Below the pieces are notes generated by a model that searched no databases, was not told the origin of the DNA, and saw only the letters and a program-made list of their open reading frames with translations. 64,000 bases of DNA from Lysobacterales bacterium. GTDB taxonomy: Bacteria; Pseudomonadota; Gammaproteobacteria; Xanthomonadales; SZUA-5. Made by a program: the position numbers and the translations under genes. The stretch is from NCBI GenBank assembly GCA_022844165.1, contig JALHMH010000001.1, forward strand, positions 32,001 to 96,000, given 5' to 3'. The stretch's first letter is position 1; each line of letters starts with the position of its first letter. Positions 1-10,872 of the stretch are shown here, one piece after another.

Positions 1-48
1 CCGAAAGCGCGTAAGCACGTGGTCTACAAAGAAGCCAAAATCAAATAA
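1..48 (+). CDS. rpmG: 50S ribosomal protein L33, C-terminal fragment (truncated by window edge)
   Basis: Frame 1 reads PKARKHVVYKEAKIK*, the characteristic L33 C-terminus. Confidence 0.9.
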   Translation, partial: PKARKHVVYKEAKIK

Positions 49-76
49 GTCGTCGCGCCCTGCGAAAACGACAACG

Positions 77-103
77 AAGCCCGCCGCCTGGCGGGCTTTT
101 TTT
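77..103 (+). terminator. Rho-independent terminator after rpmG
   Basis: AAGCCCGCC-gcct-GGCGGGCTT stem followed by a T run. Confidence 0.85.
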
Positions 104-135
104 CAGTGTGCCATGCTCCAGCCGGCGATCCACTC

Positions 136-480
136 TTACAGCGCTTCGCGCACACGCCTGGGAAGCTTGTTGCGCACCAGCTCATAGGCGTGCTCGACCT
201 GCGAGCGTAGCCATTTTGCGTCGAAATCTCCCGGCTTGCGCAGCAGGACCCATTTGGCTCGCGCCAAATATGGCGCCGGCTCGATGCCAGGATGGTCAAG
301 CATCGCCAAAAACAAATCGGCTTCGACTTTGAACGACATCCGCCCCGCGTCAGGTCCGTTCACACAGAGCACGCAGAACATCTTCTCGGCCACCGTATAG
401 ACCCAATCGTCGCCCCATTTGGGGGCTGCGGCGACGCCAGGCAGCTTGAGCAGCCAATCGTCGAGTTTCGTCCGGTTCAT
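136..480 (-). CDS. MmcQ/YjbR family DNA-binding protein
   Basis: KWGDDWVYTVAEKMF, SFKV and PAPYLARAKWV motifs; GGAGG RBS before ATG at 480. Confidence 0.85.
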   Translation of the reverse strand: MNRTKLDDWLLKLPGVAAAPKWGDDWVYTVAEKMFCVLCVNGPDAGRMSFKVEADLFLAMLDHPGIEPAPYLARAKWVLLRKPGDFDAKWLRSQVEHAYELVRNKLPRRVREAL

Positions 481-560
481 CGATTTTCCTCCATAGGTCA
501 AGTCGAAGCGTAAGCCTGTCACGTATTGAAGTCATACGAGTGAGCCCATAGGTTGTGCCC

Positions 561-1010
561 ATGGACACACTCATTCTCGCTTGCCCCGGATGTGGCGCAT
601 TGAACCGTATTCCATCAGCGCGCTTATACGATGCGCCGCGTTGCGGAAAGTGCCGTGTCGAACTGTTTCAGCGTCGGCCATTGGACTTGGACGCAGGGAG
701 CTTCGATGCGCACGCGCAACGCAGTGAAATTCCGCTCTTGGTCGACTTCTGGGCGCCATGGTGTCAGCCATGCCGGTCGATGGCGCCCGCGTTCGCCGCG
801 GCCGCGCGCGGTATGGAACCGCAATTTCGCCTTGGCAAGGTTGACACCGAAGGCCAGCCCGCGCTCGGCGCGCGTTTTGCCATTCGTAGCATCCCTACTT
901 TGGTGCTATTTCATCGCGGACAAGAAATCGCGCGGCAGTCGGGTGCCATTGGGGCGGTCGAAATTGAGCGCTTCGCGCGTGAGGCCTTTGCCCGGTATGC
1001 AAACGGCTGA
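561..1010 (+). CDS. trxC: Thioredoxin 2 (zinc-ribbon thioredoxin)
   Basis: N-terminal CPGC...CGKC zinc motif, DFWAPWCQPC active site, IRSIPT. Confidence 0.9.
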   Translation: MDTLILACPGCGALNRIPSARLYDAPRCGKCRVELFQRRPLDLDAGSFDAHAQRSEIPLLVDFWAPWCQPCRSMAPAFAAAARGMEPQFRLGKVDTEGQPALGARFAIRSIPTLVLFHRGQEIARQSGAIGAVEIERFAREAFARYANG

Positions 1011-1103
1011 TGTCCGTCTTTGATCGTGCTGCCAGGTACGCGGATTTAACTGGAACCTGGCTCGCAACGCGCTGGCATGGGTCGGGCATGCCTAAACTCT
1101 GCC

Positions 1104-2042
1104 TCAATAGCGATAACTCAGAACTGCCGCTGCCAGCCCCAGCGTAATTGCCAGTCCGACCCAGTTATTGGCCTTGAACGCAGTGAAACAGGCGTCGCGT
1201 TCTCGATCGCGTGCATACCAAAGTTGCCAGGCCATCAACATGGCGGCAACACCCAGGCCGAAATAAAACGCCGTATTCAACTCGGCGCGATGTCCCACAA
1301 TCGCCAGAGTTCCCAGTGCGCTCGCATGCAGTATTCCGGTGGCGACCAGATCCAGGTCGCCGAACAGAATCGCTGTCGACCTGGCGCCAGCCTCAATATC
1401 GTCTTCGCGATCGACCATGGCATATAGCGTGTCGTAGGCCGTGGTCCACAGCAGGTTGGCGCAAAACAGCAACACGGCGACCGGGTCGACTTCGCCGCGA
1501 ATGGCGGTGTAGGCCATCGGGATGGCCATACTGAAAGCTGCACCCAGCACGACCTGCGGGAAGGCGATGAAACGCTTTGCGAACGGGTAGAGCACTGCCA
1601 GCAAAGCGGCAATCACCGCAAGCGCAATGGTCGCCGGATTGGTCAGTAACACAAGACACAACGCAGCCAACATCAGGATCACAAATAACGTGAGTGCACC
1701 GCGCGCCGTGACTTCGCCTGTGGCCAGCGGTCGCGATCTGGTGCGTTCCACATTCGGATCCAGCCAACGGTCGGCGTAATCATTGATCACGCAGCCGGCC
1801 GAGCGGGTGAGCACCACGCCGCTGAGAAAGATCAGCAGTGTACCGATGGGCGGCATACCATCGGCGGCCAGAAGCAGCGCCCACAGCGTCGGCCACAGCA
1901 GAAGCAGAATGCCGACAGGTTTGTCGAGACGCATCAGCCGTGCATAGGCGCGCCAGGACGGCGGCGGCGGCACGACAGCGACCGGCACCATGCGTGCGCC
2001 AGAGGGCGTTTGTACGAGACGATAGTGCGGTTTTTTTGCCAT
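1104..2042 (-). CDS. ubiA: 4-hydroxybenzoate octaprenyltransferase
   Basis: [41 protein letters not shown]; start codon uncertain. Confidence 0.92.
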   Translation of the reverse strand: MAKKPHYRLVQTPSGARMVPVAVVPPPPSWRAYARLMRLDKPVGILLLLWPTLWALLLAADGMPPIGTLLIFLSGVVLTRSAGCVINDYADRWLDPNVERTRSRPLATGEVTARGALTLFVILMLAALCLVLLTNPATIALAVIAALLAVLYPFAKRFIAFPQVVLGAAFSMAIPMAYTAIRGEVDPVAVLLFCANLLWTTAYDTLYAMVDREDDIEAGARSTAILFGDLDLVATGILHASALGTLAIVGHRAELNTAFYFGLGVAAMLMAWQLWYARDRERDACFTAFKANNWVGLAITLGLAAAVLSYRY

Positions 2043-2127
2043 GTGCCCATGATGCCATTGGCTGCGGCGCATTGATTGCCGTTAGCGGCTTCGCCATGCT
2101 CGCGCCATCCTTTCGATGGGGGTGTAC

Positions 2128-3906
2128 ATGCACGCATTGGTTTTGTCCGCATTGCTTACATTGACCGTCCCGGCTGAAGACTGGCGGACGCCCGCCGAAG
2201 CCTCGAAGTTCACGCGCACACCCAGCTATCAGGAAACACGCGACTACTTCGAAAAGCTCAAGGCGGCGCACCCCACCAGCATCGCGATCAACGATTTCGG
2301 CGTGTCGCCGGAGGGCCGTGCGTTGTTTAATGTGGTGATCGCCAGTGAAGGGGGATTGACCCCTGCCGCCGCCAAGGCCAGCGGCAAACCTGTGCTGCTG
2401 ATCCAGGCGTGCATCCATCCAGGCGAAAACGAGGGCAAGGATGCGTTGATGGCGCTTGCGCGTGACTGGTTGGTCGACGGCACACAAGCCAAAGCGCGGG
2501 AAAAAGTCGTACTGCTTCTGGTGCCGATCTTCAGTGTCGACGGCCATGAGAATACCGGTCCACATCGCATCAATCAGAATGGACCGGAAGAAACCGGCTG
2601 GCGGTCAACGGCGCAGAACCACAACTTGAATCGCGACTTCTTGAAAGTCGAATCCCCGGAAATGCGCGCCTGGCAAGCGCAGTGGCAGGCGTGGGATCCC
2701 GATTTGTTAGTCGATATGCATAACACCAACGGCGCCGACTATCAGTATCACCTGACCTACGCCTACGAGCGCCATGACTCGGCGCACGCCGCATCGCGCG
2801 ATTGGCAGGCGAACGCGTTCGACGTCGCGATTCCAACCGCGCTCAAGAAGAACAACTGGTTGTTGGCGCCCTATTTCGGGCAAATCGTTTTTGACGATCC
2901 GCGCAAAGGAATCACCTTCGGCGCCTCCACGCCGCGCTTTTCGACTGGATTCGGCACCGCCGCCAATCGCCCGGCGCTGCTGCTCGAAACGCACATGCTG
3001 AAGGACTTCAAGACGCGCACGAAGGTCAACGAGGACTACATCGCTGCGCTGATCGAGCATGTTGCCAAGAACCCGGAAGGCCTGACGTCGATCAATCGCG
3101 ACGCCGACGCAGCGTCAGCGGCGCTCGCCGGAAAATCCTTCGCTCTGCAATTCAAGATCGGTGAAAAAACCGAGACCTTTGACTTTCTGGGCATCGGTTA
3201 CGAACGTGTGCCGAGTGAAGTGTCCGGCGCCTTGTGGACGCGCTACAACGGCAAACCTGAGCGCATTTCCGTGGCGCTGAAACAAACGCTGGAACCCGAG
3301 GTGACCGTGACCTTGCCGCACGGCTATTTGATCCCTGCCTCGTGGACCGCGGCCATCGACGCCTTGCAAGTGCACGGTGTGCGTTTCATTCGTTTGCCGC
3401 CATCGATCACTCTGAGTGGCGCACACACCTATCGGTTTCGCGACGTCAAATATGCGGCGCAGCCGTTCGAGGGTCGCGTGCGGATCGAGTCGCTCAATCT
3501 CGAATCCGTGCGTGAGAACCTTTCGTTCCCCGCAAATAGCGTACTGGTGCCCCTCGATCAGCCGCGCAACCCGATCATCGCGCACCTGCTAGAGCCACAA
3601 GGGCCGGATTCGCTGGTCAGAATGGGCTACGGCGATGGCTTCATGACCCGCACCGAGTACGCTGAGCCGCGCGTCATGGAAGTCAAAGCGCGCGAAATGA
3701 TGGCGGCCGATCCGGCACTCAGAGCTGCATTCGAAGCCGAGCTGCAAAAGCCAGAATTCGCATCGTCGGCACAGGCGCGCCTGGATTTCTTCTACCGCCG
3801 CCTGCCGCACTACGACGAGCGCTTCCTGCGTTATCCCATCGCACGGCTTGATGCGGAACAGATCAACAAATTGCGCCATAAGAGCTCAGGTGACCGCGCT
3901 CCGTAG
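2128..3906 (+). CDS. Secreted M14 family zinc metallocarboxypeptidase
   Basis: Signal peptide, IHPGE zinc motif, NLNRDF, DMH. Confidence 0.85.
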   Translation: MHALVLSALLTLTVPAEDWRTPAEASKFTRTPSYQETRDYFEKLKAAHPTSIAINDFGVSPEGRALFNVVIASEGGLTPAAAKASGKPVLLIQACIHPGENEGKDALMALARDWLVDGTQAKAREKVVLLLVPIFSVDGHENTGPHRINQNGPEETGWRSTAQNHNLNRDFLKVESPEMRAWQAQWQAWDPDLLVDMHNTNGADYQYHLTYAYERHDSAHAASRDWQANAFDVAIPTALKKNNWLLAPYFGQIVFDDPRKGITFGASTPRFSTGFGTAANRPALLLETHMLKDFKTRTKVNEDYIAALIEHVAKNPEGLTSINRDADAASAALAGKSFALQFKIGEKTETFDFLGIGYERVPSEVSGALWTRYNGKPERISVALKQTLEPEVTVTLPHGYLIPASWTAAIDALQVHGVRFIRLPPSITLSGAHTYRFRDVKYAAQPFEGRVRIESLNLESVRENLSFPANSVLVPLDQPRNPIIAHLLEPQGPDSLVRMGYGDGFMTRTEYAEPRVMEVKAREMMAADPALRAAFEAELQKPEFASSAQARLDFFYRRLPHYDERFLRYPIARLDAEQINKLRHKSSGDRAP

Positions 3907-3962
3907 CGCCGGATGTCGATTCGAACTCGCTGCGTTTGCGGTTTCGCGCGCCTCCTGCGCCG

Positions 3963-4373
3963 TCATCGACCTGCGCGCGTTTCTAGTGCTCGCCGAGAAG
4001 CAATGAAGTGGCTGTCGGCGCGCAGCTTTTTGGCGATCGTCGAAGCAGGTTCGATGACGCGCCAGAAGGGCGCGATGTCGGCGACGCTGGCGCCGGCTTG
4101 CAGTTCATCCCATGCAGCTTCGGCAACAATGCGCAGGAAAATCGAACTCGATACAGGGCACGCAGCGTCGGCACCGTGCGCTGCGGCAAGTGAGTTGCGC
4201 ATTTCTGCGATGCTGTGAAATTCACCCCGCTGCAGTGAGTGCAGCCACGCCGCGATGTCGTGCGGGCACGAGATCAATAGTCGTGCGCCTTGTGGCACGC
4301 CGCCAAAGGCCTTTTCGAGCACGGTCACATGTGCTGCTGGCGCATGCATCCTTTCCGCCCACGACTTCGCCAT
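3963..4373 (-). CDS. Hypothetical protein, MGMT/Atl DNA-binding-like family
   Basis: CPVSSSIFLRIVAEAA and PFWRVI resemble the MGMT-like family lacking the catalytic PCHR Cys. Confidence 0.6.
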   Translation of the reverse strand: MAKSWAERMHAPAAHVTVLEKAFGGVPQGARLLISCPHDIAAWLHSLQRGEFHSIAEMRNSLAAAHGADAACPVSSSIFLRIVAEAAWDELQAGASVADIAPFWRVIEPASTIAKKLRADSHFIASRRALETRAGR

Positions 4374-4438
4374 GGTCGCCTCCGCAAGACTCAAGCTGGC
4401 GCTATTGTCCTCTGCTTCGCCACCAACGTCATGTGCCC

Positions 4439-5566
4439 ATGCGCTTTGAAACGCTCGCTGTCCACGCTGCGGCCGATATCGACCGCGAAACCGGTGCGGT
4501 TGCGCCACCGCTGCATTTGTCGACGACTTTCGAACACCCGGCCGATTCGACGCAAATCACGGGCTATTTGTACCAGCGCTACGCAAATCCAACTCAGGAT
4601 CGGCTGGAAGAAGCATTGGCTGCGCTGGATGGTGGCGCAGCGGCCCTGGCTTTTGCCACCGGGATGGCCGCAGGCGCGGCACTATTGCAAAACTTGCCGC
4701 AGGGTGGCGAAGTGCTGATGGCGGACGACACCTACTTTGCTTTTCGCAAGTTGGCCGAGCGCTTCTTCCCGCGTTGGGGACTGACCTGGCGCCTCGTCGA
4801 CATGAGCGATCCGGTCGCCGTAGCCGCTGCCATCGGACCAGAGACGGTCTGCATCTGGGCGGAAACGCCGAGCAATCCAAGGCTGAAAGTGACCAGTGTT
4901 GCAGCGTTATCGGCGCTCGCGCGACCGCGAGCAATCAAACTTGTCGTGGATGCAACATTCGCGACGCCAGCGCTATTGAACCCAATTGCCCTCGGCGCCG
5001 ACGTTGTGCTGCATTCGACAACCAAATATCTCGGTGGTCATAGCGACGCGATGGGGGGTGCGTTGATTTTCGGTGAGCGCAGCGCCTGGAGCGATGCGAT
5101 CCTGGAAACACGCAAGTTGCAAGGCGCGACTGCGAGCCCCTTCGCGTCCTGGCTCATTCTGCGCGGCATCAGAACGCTGGCGCCGCGCGTGTCGTGGCAA
5201 TCAAAGAGCGCGCAGGCGCTGGCGGAATTTCTGGTCGCCCATCCGCGCGTTTGTGCTGTTCACTACCCCGGTCTGGCCGAGCACCCGGGTCATGGGATCG
5301 CACAGCGCGAAATGCGGCAGTTCGGCGGCATGTTGAGCGTCGAAATCGTCGGCGGTCGCGAGGCCGCATTGAACGTCGCGAATGCACTCTCATTGTTCAT
5401 CAATGCCACCAGTCTTGGCGGATATGAAAGCCTCGTCGAACACCGCGAGTCTGTCGAGGGTAGAGGCTCGCCAACGCCAGCAAATCTGTTGCGGTTGTCT
5501 GTGGGTTTGGAGCACTGCGAAGACCTGATCGCCGATTGGCAACAGGCACTGGCTTGCGCGGGATAA
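4439..5566 (+). CDS. PLP-dependent trans-sulfuration enzyme (cystathionine gamma-synthase/lyase family)
   Basis: YQRYANPT, ETPSNP, DATFATP, HSTTKYLGGHSD (PLP lysine), SLGG, LRLSVGLE. Confidence 0.9.
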   Translation: MRFETLAVHAAADIDRETGAVAPPLHLSTTFEHPADSTQITGYLYQRYANPTQDRLEEALAALDGGAAALAFATGMAAGAALLQNLPQGGEVLMADDTYFAFRKLAERFFPRWGLTWRLVDMSDPVAVAAAIGPETVCIWAETPSNPRLKVTSVAALSALARPRAIKLVVDATFATPALLNPIALGADVVLHSTTKYLGGHSDAMGGALIFGERSAWSDAILETRKLQGATASPFASWLILRGIRTLAPRVSWQSKSAQALAEFLVAHPRVCAVHYPGLAEHPGHGIAQREMRQFGGMLSVEIVGGREAALNVANALSLFINATSLGGYESLVEHRESVEGRGSPTPANLLRLSVGLEHCEDLIADWQQALACAG

Positions 5567-5799
5567 CCCGACAAGACTTTGCCTCAGAACGGCGAGCATA
5601 GTTGGCATCGTTCGATTGTGCGGACTCGATCGAGTCTGCGAAATGTCGCTGTGCGTGAATACGGAGGCCATGGCCTGATTGCCGACCAAATCACGTTGAT
5701 TGCCTGGAATTGCGTGGTAAGTCTCGCCAGCGCGGCGAATCCCCGTTACAATCCTGGGCTTAAGCGACGGCAATGATTTTTTAGGGAGCGCAAGTACTT

Positions 5800-8700
5800 A
5801 TGAAGAATTTCGCGCAAATTACTTTAGCTCTGATTGCGTTTGCGATGTCGACTGCGGCGCAATCGGCCCCGGACGGGTCTACGCCGCCGACGCTGCTTTA
5901 CAATCCGAGCGTCGGCAGTACGATCAACTTCTCCGGCGTCACGACGCCCGGCACCAATGGCAACGCCACAATTGGCGTGACAGCGAGTGGCGGTACCAGT
6001 GGCGGCGCCACGGGTTTGTCGTGCACGTTTGTGGGTGCCAACGCCGTCAACTTCACGGTAACGCCGTCATCGCTGAATCTGGCGACCGGTGCGCCGCCAG
6101 CATCGCTCAATCTGGGTTGCCAGTCCGGCACCAGCCAACGTACGGCGACGCTCAATTGTGCTGAAACGCCCAACGGTATCACGGGGCCGACTCGATCCTG
6201 GCCGGTGATTTGTCCTGCAGGCGTTTCCAATACACCGCCGACCCTGAGCTATAACCCTGCGCCCGGCAGCGCGGTGGTCTTTTCTGCGGCGAACAATCTT
6301 GTCGGTCAACAGGCCACCGCGCAGATTCGAATTACACCCTCGGGCGGATCGGGGACTGGTATCAGCGCGACGACCCGAGTCTCCAATTGCACGCTCAGCG
6401 GTGAAACGGTCGCCAACACCTTCGCTGGATTTCAGGGCGTCAATCTGCAGTTCGTTGGCTCAACAACCACGCCTCAGAACATCAACCTGACGGCACAGAT
6501 TCGCAGCACCAATGTCGCGGCGACATTGACCTGCCAGGAGATCGTCGGCAACCCGAATGGCACTGAGGGTACGCCGGGCACTCGCAGCTGGCCGCTGCAG
6601 GTAGCAGCCGGGCAAACACCGGCCCGCATGTTCGTCCGCAAAACATCGAGCGCATCCACCGTCGCCGCGAATGCGGAATTTGCATACACGATTGCTGTCG
6701 AAAACGACGGCAGCAGCGCACTGACCGGACTGGTTCTGCTCGACAATGTTCCTGCCGGGCTGACGGTTCTGGGGGCAGCAGGAGCAGGATGGAGTTGCAG
6801 CGTGGCCGGTAACGCCGTGGATTGTCGCCGCAGTACATTGGCGGCCAATGCCGAAACCGAAGTGACGATTGATGTGCGTGCCCCGAATGCATCGGCGAGC
6901 TTGCTGAATACGGTCACTGTGTCGAGCAACGAAATCCGTAATCCGGTGGCAGCAAACGTCAGCGTTACGGTGAATGCAGCGCCTGCGGGATTTGTCGACC
7001 TGCAGCTCAGTACGATCGACACGCCCGACCCGGTGGTGGTCAATGGATCGCTCAATATGGCCTATACGATCACCAATCGCGGCACGGCGCCAGCCAGCGG
7101 CGTCGCGCTGGATGCCGAATTGGCGACTTTCACTTTCGTCTCCGCGAGTGGGGCAGGGTGGTCATGCAATTCGGCGGTCAGCTCCAGTTGCGCGCTGGCC
7201 ACGCCGCTGTCGGCCGGGGCAAGTAGTACGGTGACCCTGCAATTGCGCGCGCCGTCGGCCGCCGCCACCGTCAGCACCCGGGCGACTGTCCGGTCGACCG
7301 AGCCGGACGCGAATCCAGCCGACAACGTCGATGCCGAATCCACGGTGGTGACCACCACCCCGCCCCCGCCGCCCGATCCGCGCGCTGACTTGGAGGTCAC
7401 CGCGCAAGTTGTGCCAGCGACTGCGATCACTGGGCAGGCTGTGGAATTTCAGTTCGCAGCGAACAATCGCGGGCCAGACCCAGCCAGCAATGTCGTGCTG
7501 CAGGCAACGTTCGCTGCAACGCTAGAAGTGCGAAGTGCTGCAGGCGAGGGTTTTAGCTGCCAGGTCACGGGACAACTGGTTCGCTGCACGCGTGCAACGC
7601 AGGGTCTCAATGCAAGTAGCACGGTGCGTGTGGGGGCGTTGGTCCGCCCCGGTTCGACGGCGGTGGCCGATGCCGTCGCGCAGATCTCGTCCGCAACGCA
7701 GGACCCGGTGCCGAACAACAATTCAGCGCGCGCCGTACTCGCTTACCAATCCGGTGGTGCCGATCTTTCAATTGTAAAGACGGATAGCGCCGATCCGGTG
7801 CGCGCGGGCGCCGAATTCAGCTACACACTTGCGGTGAACAACGCAGGTCCTGAAGCGGCAAGCGGCGTGCGAATCATCGATACGCTTCCGGCCAACTTGA
7901 TATTCGTCAGCGCTTCGGGCGCAGGCGCGGTTTGCGGCCGTACTGGGCAAGTGGTCACTTGTACGCTGGCGGCAAATCTGGCGGCCGGTGCGGCGACCAG
8001 CGTCACTATTGTGGTGCGTGCCCCGACAACCGGACAGTCGGTGACCAATGAAGGTACTGTTTCCGCGACGACGAGCGATTCGAATCTAGCCAACAACCGT
8101 GCCACCCAATCGACCACCATCAACAACCGTAATGCAGACGATTTGGCGACGCTGTTGAATCCGTTGGCCACCGACCCGGCGTCTCGCGCGGCGGTGCCGG
8201 TGGTTGCCGGCGAGTGTGCGCGTTCGTTGACCGGACTGGGAGGCGCGTGCGCCGACATCATCCGCGCAGCCGATGAGGGACGAGGCAACGAAGTGGGCGA
8301 CGCGTTGCGCGCCATCGCGCCGGATGAAGTGTTGGCGCAATCGGTCGTGTTGCGCGAAATCGGCGCAACACAGTTTTTCAACGTGGATGCACGGTTGAGC
8401 GAGCTGCGACGTGGTGGCGGTGGTTTCAGTCTGTCAGGACTGACTGTGACGCAAGGCGCGCAAACCATTCCAGTGGCGATTGCCAGCGATGCGATCCGCG
8501 CGGCGCTGGGTTTTGGCGATGACGGTCTTGGAGGCTTGCTGAGTCAATGGGGCTTCTTCATCAACGGCAATATCACCAGCGGCGAGCAGGATCTGAACCG
8601 GACGCGAGGAAACGTTGGCGTGGACTACGATTCGCGCGGCATCACGGCGGGCGTCGACTATCGCTTCAATACTCGCGCCGTCGCTGGCGTGGCTCTGGGT

Positions 8701-9396
8701 CTGGCCAGTTTCGATGCCGATGTCAGTGGCGGCAGCACGCTGGAAACTCAGAGTGTCATGTTGACCGGTTATGGGTCCTATTACATCAACGACCGCCTGT
8801 ACGTGGATAGCCGTATGACCATCGGCAATGCCAGCCTTGATCAGGCTCGCACCGTGCGATTCCAGGTGGGATCGCGCCTCGTCGATGCGGTGGCTGTTGG
8901 TGAGACCGATGCAACTCAATTCACGATCGCCTCGTCCATGGGCTACCACTTGAACTATGGCCCCTGGAGCGTGACGCCGAATCTGGGGTTCCGCTATACA
9001 TCGAGCGATGTCGATGAGTTCTCCGAGGATGGCGCCGGTGCCTTTAACGTGCGTTACGACGATGCCAGCTTCGATTCGGTAAATGTTGCGCTCGGCGTAC
9101 AAGTGGCGCGTGCGGTCAGCATGCGCACCGGTGTGCTCATGCCGCAATTCGATCTGAGCCTGAACAACGAAAGCGGCGACGATCCATCGTCGACAGCGCG
9201 CCTCGTTGGTGCGACCGGCAGCGAGTTCTTCCGGCTGCAGGAGGAGGGCGCAGATTCAAGTTACGCAACCGCAGGCCTGGGTTTCGTCTACTTGATCGGC
9301 AACGGTCGTCAGGCGTTCTTTTCGTATCGCCGTACGTTCGGGTACGACGACTTTGATCGAGGCACCTTGAATCTCGGCGGGCGTTTCGAGTTCTGA
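5800..9396 (+). CDS. Autotransporter with DUF11 (Ig-like) repeats
   Basis: Signal peptide, four DUF11-like repeats (DLSIVKTDSADPV...YTLAVNNAGP...D.N.ANN), C-terminal beta-barrel ending in RFEF. Confidence 0.85.
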   Translation: MKNFAQITLALIAFAMSTAAQSAPDGSTPPTLLYNPSVGSTINFSGVTTPGTNGNATIGVTASGGTSGGATGLSCTFVGANAVNFTVTPSSLNLATGAPPASLNLGCQSGTSQRTATLNCAETPNGITGPTRSWPVICPAGVSNTPPTLSYNPAPGSAVVFSAANNLVGQQATAQIRITPSGGSGTGISATTRVSNCTLSGETVANTFAGFQGVNLQFVGSTTTPQNINLTAQIRSTNVAATLTCQEIVGNPNGTEGTPGTRSWPLQVAAGQTPARMFVRKTSSASTVAANAEFAYTIAVENDGSSALTGLVLLDNVPAGLTVLGAAGAGWSCSVAGNAVDCRRSTLAANAETEVTIDVRAPNASASLLNTVTVSSNEIRNPVAANVSVTVNAAPAGFVDLQLSTIDTPDPVVVNGSLNMAYTITNRGTAPASGVALDAELATFTFVSASGAGWSCNSAVSSSCALATPLSAGASSTVTLQLRAPSAAATVSTRATVRSTEPDANPADNVDAESTVVTTTPPPPPDPRADLEVTAQVVPATAITGQAVEFQFAANNRGPDPASNVVLQATFAATLEVRSAAGEGFSCQVTGQLVRCTRATQGLNASSTVRVGALVRPGSTAVADAVAQISSATQDPVPNNNSARAVLAYQSGGADLSIVKTDSADPVRAGAEFSYTLAVNNAGPEAASGVRIIDTLPANLIFVSASGAGAVCGRTGQVVTCTLAANLAAGAATSVTIVVRAPTTGQSVTNEGTVSATTSDSNLANNRATQSTTINNRNADDLATLLNPLATDPASRAAVPVVAGECARSLTGLGGACADIIRAADEGRGNEVGDALRAIAPDEVLAQSVVLREIGATQFFNVDARLSELRRGGGGFSLSGLTVTQGAQTIPVAIASDAIRAALGFGDDGLGGLLSQWGFFINGNITSGEQDLNRTRGNVGVDYDSRGITAGVDYRFNTRAVAGVALGLASFDADVSGGSTLETQSVMLTGYGSYYINDRLYVDSRMTIGNASLDQARTVRFQVGSRLVDAVAVGETDATQFTIASSMGYHLNYGPWSVTPNLGFRYTSSDVDEFSEDGAGAFNVRYDDASFDSVNVALGVQVARAVSMRTGVLMPQFDLSLNNESGDDPSSTARLVGATGSEFFRLQEEGADSSYATAGLGFVYLIGNGRQAFFSYRRTFGYDDFDRGTLNLGGRFEF

Positions 9397-9590
9397 AGCC
9401 CGGGCCTCACGCGAACCAGGGGGTTCGCTATGGGGTCGAGCAGCCAAGCGCAAGTCCGGACGGCGTGCCGGACTTCGCGGCATCTGGTCAGCGGACCTGC
9501 GTGGAGCATCAGGAACGGTTCCTCGCATCGCTGTGCGACACAGTGACTGCGCTATCGTGCTGATCCCGGCCTCCTCGGAACGATCACGTC

Positions 9591-10856
9591 ATGCAGAGTT
9601 TAGTGCTGGCCTTCGCGTTGTCGGCTACGCCCGTACCCGCCAACGCAGACATCGAACAAGTCTTGCCGCGTGTGATCCAGTGGCGCAGGGACTTTCACCA
9701 GCACCCAGAACTGGGGGCGAGCGAAGTCCGCACAGCGGGCGTAATCTCCGAACATCTGAAAGGCCTGGGCCTTGAGGTCAAAACCGGGATTGCCGTCACG
9801 GGTGTCGCGGCGGTGATACGAGGCGGCAGGCCTGGGCCGAGAATCGCACTGCGCGCCGACATCGATGCGCTGCCAGTGACCGAAGAAACGAACCTGCCTT
9901 TTGCCTCCAAAGTTCGCACCACCTACCGTGGCCAGCCGGTTGGCGTGATGCACGCCTGCGGCCACGATGCGCACACTGCCATTCTGATGGGTGTCGCCGA
10001 GCTGTTGGTTGCGCAGCGCGAGCAGCTTGCCGGCGAGGTGCTGTTGATTTTTCAGCCCGCAGAAGAAGGACCGCCGGAACCGGGTGTGCCCTTCGGCGCG
10101 AGGCTCATGATCGACGAAGGTTTGTTCGCCGATTTCAAACCTGAGGCTGTGTTCGGGCTGCACGTGTGGGCGGGTTTGCCTGCCGGCAAGGTGGCGTATC
10201 GCAGCGGTCCGACGATGGCCATCGCTGATGAATGGGTACTCAAATTCAAAGGCGCGCAAACGCATGGATCGCGGCCCTGGGATGGCATTGATCCGCTCAC
10301 GGTGGCTGCGCAAATGCAGCTGGCGATGCAGAACATTGTTGCACGCCAAGTCGATATTGTGCGCTCGCCTGTCGTATTGACAACCGGCGCGATCCGCGGC
10401 GGCGTGCGCTACAACATCATCCCCGAAGAGGTCGAAATGACAGGCACCTTGCGCAGCTTCGATCTTGATGTGCGCAGCGACGTGATCCGGCGTATCGAAG
10501 CAAACGCGCAGCATCTGGCTGCCGCCAGCGGCGCATCGGCGACGTTCGACATCTCCATGACAGCCCCGCTGACGAGCAACAGCAATCGCGAATTGACCGA
10601 ACGCAGCGGCAACACGCTGCGAATGACGCTCGGCGAGGAATCCGTCGTCGAAATGCCACTGCTGACGGTTGCCGAAGATTTTTCGCAGTACAGCACGGTG
10701 GCGCCGACGTTCTTCTTCTTCGTCGGCGCTACCAATCGCGAGACCAAACCCCGCGAAGCCGCGCCGAATCACTCGCCGCGGTTTCTGCTCGACGAAGAAG
10801 CGTTGAAAATCGGGCTTGAGGCGATGCACGCGCTGGCGCTCGATCGGTTGCAGTGA
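9591..10856 (+). CDS. M20 family amidohydrolase
   Basis: RRDFHQHPEL, LRADIDALP, MHACGHDAH, FQPAEEG, EDFS, NHSPRF. Confidence 0.9.
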   Translation: MQSLVLAFALSATPVPANADIEQVLPRVIQWRRDFHQHPELGASEVRTAGVISEHLKGLGLEVKTGIAVTGVAAVIRGGRPGPRIALRADIDALPVTEETNLPFASKVRTTYRGQPVGVMHACGHDAHTAILMGVAELLVAQREQLAGEVLLIFQPAEEGPPEPGVPFGARLMIDEGLFADFKPEAVFGLHVWAGLPAGKVAYRSGPTMAIADEWVLKFKGAQTHGSRPWDGIDPLTVAAQMQLAMQNIVARQVDIVRSPVVLTTGAIRGGVRYNIIPEEVEMTGTLRSFDLDVRSDVIRRIEANAQHLAAASGASATFDISMTAPLTSNSNRELTERSGNTLRMTLGEESVVEMPLLTVAEDFSQYSTVAPTFFFFVGATNRETKPREAAPNHSPRFLLDEEALKIGLEAMHALALDRLQ

Positions 10857-10872
10857 GCGCGAGGCGCGCCGC

